NCBI GenBank assembly: GCA_049699855.1 | Contig: JBNAWM010000037.1 | Span: 1 to 13,495 of the forward strand | Direction of reading: 5' to 3' | Length of the DNA stretch: 13,495 nucleotides | Origin: Candidatus Cryosericum sp. | GTDB taxonomy: Bacteria; Caldisericota; Caldisericia; Cryosericales; Cryosericaceae | Part shown: piece by piece, positions 1 through 5,734 of the stretch | Numbering within the stretch: position 1 is the stretch's first letter | Layout: every line of letters begins with the position of its first letter | Notes under the pieces: model-generated | Database searches by the model: none | What the model was told of the DNA's origin: nothing | What the model saw: the letters and a program-made list of their open reading frames with translations, nothing else | Position numbers and translations under genes: made by a program

Positions 1-42
1 CGGGACAGAAGCGCCCTTCGCATTGGACCAACATGCTCAGGG

Positions 43-79
43 GGTTCCAAAACTGTAACAGTGTTACAGATTTGGAACC
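43..79. repeat. 37-bp near-perfect inverted repeat (REP-like palindrome / possible 3' stem-loop of the ABC operon)
   Basis: GGTTCCAAA-A-CTGTAACA-G-TGTTACAG-A-TTTGGAACC, one mismatch (A52/A70), centred on 61. It begins 17 nt after the stop of 97..2991. A further TGTTACAG copy is at 88-95. No strong U-tract follows the full stem. Confidence 0.8.
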
Positions 80-96
80 GTCCCGAATGTTACAGC

Positions 97-2991
97 TTAG
101 ACGGCTGCTTCCTCGACCAGCGGACCAGCGAACTGGCTGTTGTAAAGGTCGGCGTAGAAACCGCCCTTGGCGAGCAGCTCCTTGTGCGTGCCCTGCTCGA
201 TGATCGATCCATGGTTCATGACCAGGATGTGGTGCGCGTCGCGGATAGTCGAGAGGCGGTGCGCGATGACAAAGTTGGTCCTGCCTGCCATCAGGCGCGC
301 CATGGCCTTCTGGATGAGCACTTCCGTCCTGGTATCGACGCTGCTTGTCGCCTCGTCGAGAATCAGCACAACTGGATCTGCCAGGAACGCACGCGCAATC
401 GTGAGCAGCTGTTTCTGCCCTGCCGACACGTTGGACGCCTCCTCGTTGAGGACGGTGTCGTACCCGTCGGGGAAACTCCGGATGAAGTGGTCGGCATGCG
501 CTGCCTTCGCGGCGGCCACAATCTCTTCCTCGGTCGCATCCTGTCGGCCGTAGGCGATGTTCTCACGGATCGTGCCATTGAACAGCCAGGTATCCTGCAG
601 GACCATGCCGTAGAGGGTGCGCAGGTTGCCCCGGCGCATCCTGCGGATGTCGACGCCATCGAAGGTGATGTCGCCCTCCTGCACGTCGTAGAAGCGCATG
701 AGCAGGTTGACGAGGGTCGTCTTGCCCGCCCCGGTCGGCCCGACGATGGCCACAGTGTCGCCCTGCTTGACGTCGAGATTCATGTCCCGGATGAGCGGCT
801 CGGTTGCCCGGTAGCTGAAGTCGACGTGGTCGAACGCGATGTTGCCATGAGGCTCGCTGAGGACGACGGCGTCAGCCGCGTCGGGGACTTCCTCAGGCTC
901 GTCGAGAACGCCGAAGATGCGCTCGGCACACGCCAGTGTCGACTGAAGAACGTTGGCGATGCTCGCGGTTTGAACAATCGGCATGGAGAACTGCCGCGAA
1001 TACTGGATGAAGGCCGTGATGTCACCCAGGTTGAGCAGGTTGCGCGTGACAAAGATGCCGCCGAACACGGCGATGAAGACGTAGCCGAGGTTGCTGATGA
1101 AGTTCATGAGCGGCATCATGATACCAGACATGAACTGCGCCTTCCACCCTGCCTGGTACAAGTCGTCGTTGACAGCCTTGAAGGTCACGATGGCGTCCTG
1201 CTCGTGCCCGAACGCCTTGACCACGGGGTGACCCATGTACATTTCTTCGGCGTGGCTGCTCAGCCGGCCAAGATGCACCTGCTGCGCCAGGTAGAACTTC
1301 TGCGACCTCCGGGCGATCATGGTGGTCGTGAGAATGTACAGCGGCAGGGTGGCAAGAGCCACAAGCGTCAGCGTGCCGCTGATGGTAAGCATCATGTAAA
1401 TGTATCCCAGGATCTGGAAGAGAGAGACGATGAGCTGGGTAATGCTCTGCTGGAGCGTCGTGGAGATAGTGTCCATATCATTGGTCATGCGGCTCAGAAT
1501 CTCGCCGTTGGAGTGCGAATCGTAATAGCGGAGGGGCAGGGCTGCCAGCTTGTCGTCCAGCTCCTTGCGCATGTTGTAGGCAGTCCGCTGAGCCACGTCG
1601 GACATGATGTACTGCATGATGAAGGTGAGCAGTGCGCTCAGCAGGTACAGGAACAGCAGGTACAGGAGCGTGTTGCCGATCGCCGACAGGGGGATGGTGC
1701 CGCCATTGTCGCGGATGTCTGCAATGCCCTTGTCGAGGTCGGTCTGTGAGACGCTTATGGTTTGCTGCTGGCCGGTCATAGGAAGGATCTTGCCAAGGTT
1801 GATGATCGTCTGGACGGTGTCGGCCTTGGTATTGTTGTCCGTAATGGTGTTGACCACGGGAAGCGCGACAAACTGCTGCATGGCTGTGAGCTGCTCGGGC
1901 GTCAGCTTGGCGGCATCGAGAAATGCCTTTTGGACGCTGCTCTTCACCGTCTCCGCCGCCTTGGCCTGGGCTTCGGCCAGTGCTTTGGCCGTCGCTGGCG
2001 CCTGCTTGACAAACTCCGCATCAACAGCTGCTTTGGCCTGGGCAATTGCCTGTTTCAGAGCGGCAGCCTGAACCTGTGCCACCGCCTGCTTCTGCGCAGC
2101 AGCGAGTGCCGCCTGTGCGGCGGGCGCCTGCTTGGCAAACTCCGCATCGACAGCCGCCTTGGCCTGGGCAACCGCCTGCGCGAGAGCGGCAACGTCCGCC
2201 TGGGCCTTGGCTGCAGCAGATGCCTGCTGCTGAGCAGCCGCGAGTGCCTCAGCATATCCTGGGATATTTTCCAGGGGAACGCCGGGCGCCTTGGCTGCAA
2301 ACTGCGCATCGACCTGCTGCTTGGCCGCAGCCTCAGCTGCCGCCTCAGCCTGCTGTTCGGCCGCCACCAGTTCGGCGGGCGGGTTGCTGGTGATTGCCTG
2401 CGTCGCAGCTGCTTCCGCCTGGGTGTAGGCAGCCTGCTTTTGCGCTGCCAGCTTGGCATCAAACTGCTTCTGCACCTCTGCCAGCGCCTGCTGCTCCGCA
2501 ACAAGGAGCTGCTTGGGAGGATTAGTCGTCAGCATCTTCTTTGCCTGTGCCTCAGCCTGCGCATATGCAGTCTGCTTCTGGGCAGCGAGCGTTGCTTCGA
2601 ACTGTTTGGTGACCTCAGCCTGCGCCTGCTGCAAAGCGGCGTCCTGAGCGCTCTGCAGCTTCTGCAGGGCATCCTTGATCTGTGGAACGGCCTTCTCCTG
2701 CGCCGTGGAGATCCCACTCACCAAGCTCTTTGCCACGAATCCGTTCATGAGCTGGTTCACGGCATTGCCGCTGATCTTGGGCGCATAGACCGCGAAGGCC
2801 GTGCTTGCGATGGCAAGCAGCATCACGACAACCAGCTTGGCAGTCTGTGGCTTGAGGTACCACACCAGGCGCTTCAGCGTGCCGCGGAAATCCTTGGGCT
2901 TCTCCACCACCCCGCGCATTCCTCCGCCGGGGCCGCCGCCGCCCATCGGGCCGCGCATGGTCACTTGCGGTGTCTTTTTTTCGTCGCTCAT
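97..2991 (-). CDS. ABC exporter fused permease/ATP-binding subunit (TM288/EfrB-like, consensus-site half) with large extracytoplasmic Ala/Gln-rich insertion
   Basis: TM1 at ~aa 52-70 and remaining TMD from ~aa 437 (GEILSRMTNDMD motif). Walker A GPTGAGKT, Q-loop MVLQD, signature VSAGQKQ, Walker B VLILDE, D-loop SSVD, H-switch IAHR. ATGA overlap with the upstream gene and GAGGAGG SD at ~2999-3005. Confidence 0.95.
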   Translation of the reverse strand: MSDEKKTPQVTMRGPMGGGGPGGGMRGVVEKPKDFRGTLKRLVWYLKPQTAKLVVVMLLAIASTAFAVYAPKISGNAVNQLMNGFVAKSLVSGISTAQEKAVPQIKDALQKLQSAQDAALQQAQAEVTKQFEATLAAQKQTAYAQAEAQAKKMLTTNPPKQLLVAEQQALAEVQKQFDAKLAAQKQAAYTQAEAAATQAITSNPPAELVAAEQQAEAAAEAAAKQQVDAQFAAKAPGVPLENIPGYAEALAAAQQQASAAAKAQADVAALAQAVAQAKAAVDAEFAKQAPAAQAALAAAQKQAVAQVQAAALKQAIAQAKAAVDAEFVKQAPATAKALAEAQAKAAETVKSSVQKAFLDAAKLTPEQLTAMQQFVALPVVNTITDNNTKADTVQTIINLGKILPMTGQQQTISVSQTDLDKGIADIRDNGGTIPLSAIGNTLLYLLFLYLLSALLTFIMQYIMSDVAQRTAYNMRKELDDKLAALPLRYYDSHSNGEILSRMTNDMDTISTTLQQSITQLIVSLFQILGYIYMMLTISGTLTLVALATLPLYILTTTMIARRSQKFYLAQQVHLGRLSSHAEEMYMGHPVVKAFGHEQDAIVTFKAVNDDLYQAGWKAQFMSGIMMPLMNFISNLGYVFIAVFGGIFVTRNLLNLGDITAFIQYSRQFSMPIVQTASIANVLQSTLACAERIFGVLDEPEEVPDAADAVVLSEPHGNIAFDHVDFSYRATEPLIRDMNLDVKQGDTVAIVGPTGAGKTTLVNLLMRFYDVQEGDITFDGVDIRRMRRGNLRTLYGMVLQDTWLFNGTIRENIAYGRQDATEEEIVAAAKAAHADHFIRSFPDGYDTVLNEEASNVSAGQKQLLTIARAFLADPVVLILDEATSSVDTRTEVLIQKAMARLMAGRTNFVIAHRLSTIRDAHHILVMNHGSIIEQGTHKELLAKGGFYADLYNSQFAGPLVEEAAV
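1939..2190 (-). repeat. Intragenic tandem repeat B, 2 x 126 bp (2 x 42 aa)
   Basis: AALAQAVAQAKAAVDAEFAKQAPAAQAALAAAQKQAVAQVQA (aa 268-309) and AALKQAIAQAKAAVDAEFVKQAPATAKALAEAQAKAAETVKS (aa 310-351). DNA AAACTCCGCATC recurs at 2011 and 2137, 126 bp apart. Confidence 0.9.
2356..2631 (-). repeat. Intragenic tandem repeat A, 2 x 138 bp (2 x 46 aa)
   Basis: QQAQAEVTKQFEATLAAQKQTAYAQAEAQAKKMLTTNPPKQLLVAE (aa 121-166) and QQALAEVQKQFDAKLAAQKQAAYTQAEAAATQAITSNPPAELVAAE (aa 167-212). Confidence 0.9.
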
Positions 2992-4727
2992 GCCAATTCC
3001 TCCTCAGAAAGCTGCGAGTACACGATTTCACGGTACACATCACAGCTGGCCATCAATTCCTTGTGCGTGCCAATGCCGGCGACCCTGCCCTCGTTCAGGA
3101 CAATGATGCGGTCGGCATTCATGATGCTGCCGACGCGCTGGGCGACGATGATGACGGTCGCGTCTTTCGTCTCGCCGCGGAGGGCCGCTCTCAGGTTCGC
3201 ATCCGTCTTGAAGTCAAGCGCCGAGAAGCTGTCGTCGAAGACGTAAATCTCGGGCCTGCGGACGAGCGCGCGGGCCATGGCAAGCCGCTGCTTCTGGCCG
3301 CCCGAAAGGTTCAGGCCGCCCTCGGACAGCAGGGTCGCATAACCGTCGGGCATGCTGTCGATGAACTCGGCCGCCTGTGCCACGGTCGCGGCGTGCACGA
3401 CCTCCTCGTCGGTGGCATCCTCTTTCCCATACCGGATGTTGTCCGCTACCGTGCCGGTGAACAGCATGGCCTTCTGCGGGACGAATCCGATGCGGCTCCT
3501 CAGCTCCTGCTGTGAAACTTCCCGCACGTCGACGCCATCCACCAGCACCTTGCCGCTGTCCACGTCATAGAAGCGGGGGATGAGGCTGACCAGCGTGGTC
3601 TTGCCACTGCCGGTGCCGCCGATGATGGCGGTGGTCTCTCCGGGGTGTGCCTCGAACGTGACATTGTTGATCGCCGGTTCCTCGCCCCCATCATAGCTGA
3701 AGGTCACATCTTCAAACCGGACCTGGCCGCGCGTCGTGGCAGGAATCTGCTTCGTCTCGGCTGCGTCGGCGATTTCGGGCACGGTCTCGAGTACTGCCAT
3801 GACACGGTCGCTGGCCGCCGCACTGCGCGGCAGCTGGATAAACAGGACGGTGAGCATGATCATGGCAACCAGGATCTGAAGTGCGTACTGCATGAAGGCA
3901 AGCATGGGGCCGATGCTCAGGTTGCCGGTGTCGATGCGCTTGCTGCCAAACCACAGCACAGCGACGATGACGACGTTGAGCAGCAGCATCATGAGAGGCA
4001 TCAGCACAGCCATGATGCGGTTGACCTTGATGTAGGTATTGGTGACATCGGCGTTGGCCGTCGCAAAGCGCTCCTTCTCATGGTCGATGCGATTGAACGC
4101 GCGCACGACCCGGATGCCGGTGATGTTCTCGCGCACGACGCGCGTAATCTTGTCGATCTGCTTCTGCACCAGGCCGAAGAGCGGCACCACGAGGCTGGTG
4201 ACGACGATGATGACCAGCGCAACGACGGGAAGAGCAATGTACAGGATGCGTGTCAGCTGGGGATCCGATGCGTGCGCAAGGATCAGGGCGCCCACGCTGG
4301 TGAAGAGCGCGTTCTCGATCATGGTGAGCAGCCAGATGGTGCTCGTCTGGATCTGGATGATGTCGTTGGTTGTCCGGGTCAGCAGGGTCGAGGCCCCAAA
4401 CTTGTCGAACTCGTGCATGCTGAAATGCTCTACATGGTCGAAGATCTTGTTGCGGACGATCCTGCCCAGTCCGACGGCTGTCCGAACGGCCATGAGGGAA
4501 GCCAGAACGGCACAGATCACGCCGCCGCCCGCAATGAGCAGCATATAGGCGCCTTCCTTCCAGATGTAGGCGATGTCGCCCGTGATGATGCCGTTGTCGA
4601 CGATATTGGACATCAGATTGGGCAACTCAAGGTTGGCCATGACCTGGAGATAGGTGAGCGCGATGGCTCCAAGGATCAGCAGAATGAATGGCTTGAGATT
4701 TCGGTAGAGCTTGAACAGGTTACGCAT
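2988..4727 (-). CDS. ABC exporter fused permease/ATP-binding subunit (TM287/EfrA-like, degenerate-site half)
   Basis: 579 aa with a six-helix TMD (STLLTRTTNDI motif). Walker A GGTGSGKT, signature LSGGQKQ, degenerate Walker B YVFDDSFSALD and Q-switch VAQR. SD GAGGTG overlaps the tetR stop codon. Confidence 0.96.
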   Translation of the reverse strand: MRNLFKLYRNLKPFILLILGAIALTYLQVMANLELPNLMSNIVDNGIITGDIAYIWKEGAYMLLIAGGGVICAVLASLMAVRTAVGLGRIVRNKIFDHVEHFSMHEFDKFGASTLLTRTTNDIIQIQTSTIWLLTMIENALFTSVGALILAHASDPQLTRILYIALPVVALVIIVVTSLVVPLFGLVQKQIDKITRVVRENITGIRVVRAFNRIDHEKERFATANADVTNTYIKVNRIMAVLMPLMMLLLNVVIVAVLWFGSKRIDTGNLSIGPMLAFMQYALQILVAMIMLTVLFIQLPRSAAASDRVMAVLETVPEIADAAETKQIPATTRGQVRFEDVTFSYDGGEEPAINNVTFEAHPGETTAIIGGTGSGKTTLVSLIPRFYDVDSGKVLVDGVDVREVSQQELRSRIGFVPQKAMLFTGTVADNIRYGKEDATDEEVVHAATVAQAAEFIDSMPDGYATLLSEGGLNLSGGQKQRLAMARALVRRPEIYVFDDSFSALDFKTDANLRAALRGETKDATVIIVAQRVGSIMNADRIIVLNEGRVAGIGTHKELMASCDVYREIVYSQLSEEELA

Positions 4728-4736
4728 AACAGCACC

Positions 4737-5357
4737 TCATGGTTCGGTTGTCGCCTGCACGGCAGGCGTGAACATTCGCATCAGTAGTTCGGGATCGGGC
4801 ATGCTTGCGATGGTTCCTGAGACTTTCAGGGACGCCAGCCCAAGAATGGCCGAGAAAAATGTTGTGGCAAGCTGAGCAGAGTCTCCCCGGGCAATCTGCC
4901 CTTTCCTCTGCCCCTCCTCGATGATGCCGACCAGCAGTTCGAAGGGCCTGCCGGGGCCGTGAGGATGCTCCAGGGCCAGCGAGGGGTAGGCTCCGCTGGT
5001 CATGGCACCCATCATCAGCACAAAATAATATCCGGCGGACTGCCGTCCTCCAACGCTCTCGAAGATGATCTGGATCAGCATGCGTATCTTGTCGATGGGC
5101 TCTGCAGGTTCCGCCTGGACCTGCTCCAGCACCTGCCTCGAAGAGGCAATCGCCCCCTTCACCAGCTCGGCATAGATCTCCTCTTTGGACTGGAAGTAAT
5201 GGTACATGAGCCCATAACTGACCCCCGCCGCTACTGCGATATCGCTCATCTTGGCTGCGGCAAAGCCCTTCTGGATAAAGACCTTCAGGGCAGAGCACAG
5301 GATCTGCTTCTGTCGGTCATCCTTGATTTGTATGTTCGCCTTATCACTGCGTGGCAT
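4737..5357 (-). CDS. TetR/AcrR family transcriptional regulator
   Basis: N-terminal HTH RQKQILCSALKVFIQKGFAAAKMSDIAVAAGVSYGLMYHYFQSKEEI. 206 aa, AAGGAG SD at 5368-5373, first gene of the ABC operon. Confidence 0.95.
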   Translation of the reverse strand: MPRSDKANIQIKDDRQKQILCSALKVFIQKGFAAAKMSDIAVAAGVSYGLMYHYFQSKEEIYAELVKGAIASSRQVLEQVQAEPAEPIDKIRMLIQIIFESVGGRQSAGYYFVLMMGAMTSGAYPSLALEHPHGPGRPFELLVGIIEEGQRKGQIARGDSAQLATTFFSAILGLASLKVSGTIASMPDPELLMRMFTPAVQATTEP

Positions 5358-5376
5358 GCTTGGTTTACTCCTTTGA

Positions 5377-5392
5377 TTGACTTGTCAGTCAA
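5377..5392. promoter_or_regulatory. Putative TetR operator, TTGACT-N4-AGTCAA
   Basis: Perfect 6-bp arms (5377-5382 and 5387-5392), lying between the predicted -10 and the SD of tetR, which is the typical position for autorepression. Confidence 0.7.
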
Positions 5393-5401
5393 CGAAGGAA
5401 G

Positions 5402-5429
5402 AGTATAAGGATAATCGCACAGGAAACAA
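5402..5429 (-). promoter_or_regulatory. Putative sigma70-type promoter of the tetR-ABC operon
   Basis: Minus strand TTGTTT (5429-5424), 16-nt spacer, TATACT (5407-5402). The predicted TSS near 5395 is just upstream of the palindrome. Confidence 0.5.
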
Positions 5430-5542
5430 CGGGTGAACTTCACAATCGCAAAAGCAGGCATAGAAAGCCGTTCCCCACAGGTTGCAGGCGCTCGCCCGCG
5501 TGCAGTACATGCCCCGCAGAAGTACTTGCCATGTCTTGGAGA

Positions 5543-5570
5543 TTGACTTGCACGATGCAGCGCATATTCT
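5543..5570 (+). promoter_or_regulatory. Putative sigma70-type promoter of the signalling cluster
   Basis: TTGACT (5543-5548), 16-nt spacer, TATTCT (5565-5570), followed by an AT-rich patch. It would give a ~160-nt leader. Confidence 0.4.
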
Positions 5571-5734
5571 TTAGATAAAGAAGGGCAGCGAGCACGGGTG
5601 GAGAGGTGGCGTCCGACGAGCACAAGGGGAGAATCCAGCATGCGAACTGCCGGCAGGACAGATCGGGGTGGGGCCGCTGACAAGACAAGTGCGGCACCGC
5701 AGGTATCGTGTGAGATACCGCGCAGAGGTGGCTC

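Noticed and set aside
2911..2958. Gly/Pro/Met-rich N-terminus MRGPMGGGGPGGGMRG of the large ABC subunit
   Set aside because: Such N-terminal extensions are common in TM288/EfrB-like subunits.
61..4787. Long plus-strand ORFs 61..1749, 1762..3246 and 3645..4787
   Set aside because: Antisense shadows of the ABC genes, common in GC-rich DNA, with no recognisable domains.
5433..5445. GTGAA-C-TTCAC(AA) palindrome resembling a Rex box
   Set aside because: Rex sites are TTGTGAA-N4-TTCACAA. The spacing here is 1 nt and the left arm is incomplete.
5416..5470. CGCACAGGAAAC...CGCAAAAGC resembling a c-di-GMP-I riboswitch
   Set aside because: It lacks the GGCAAA/GNRA-capped stem and proper pairing, and overlaps the predicted tetR promoter. 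An Infernal/Rfam search would settle it.
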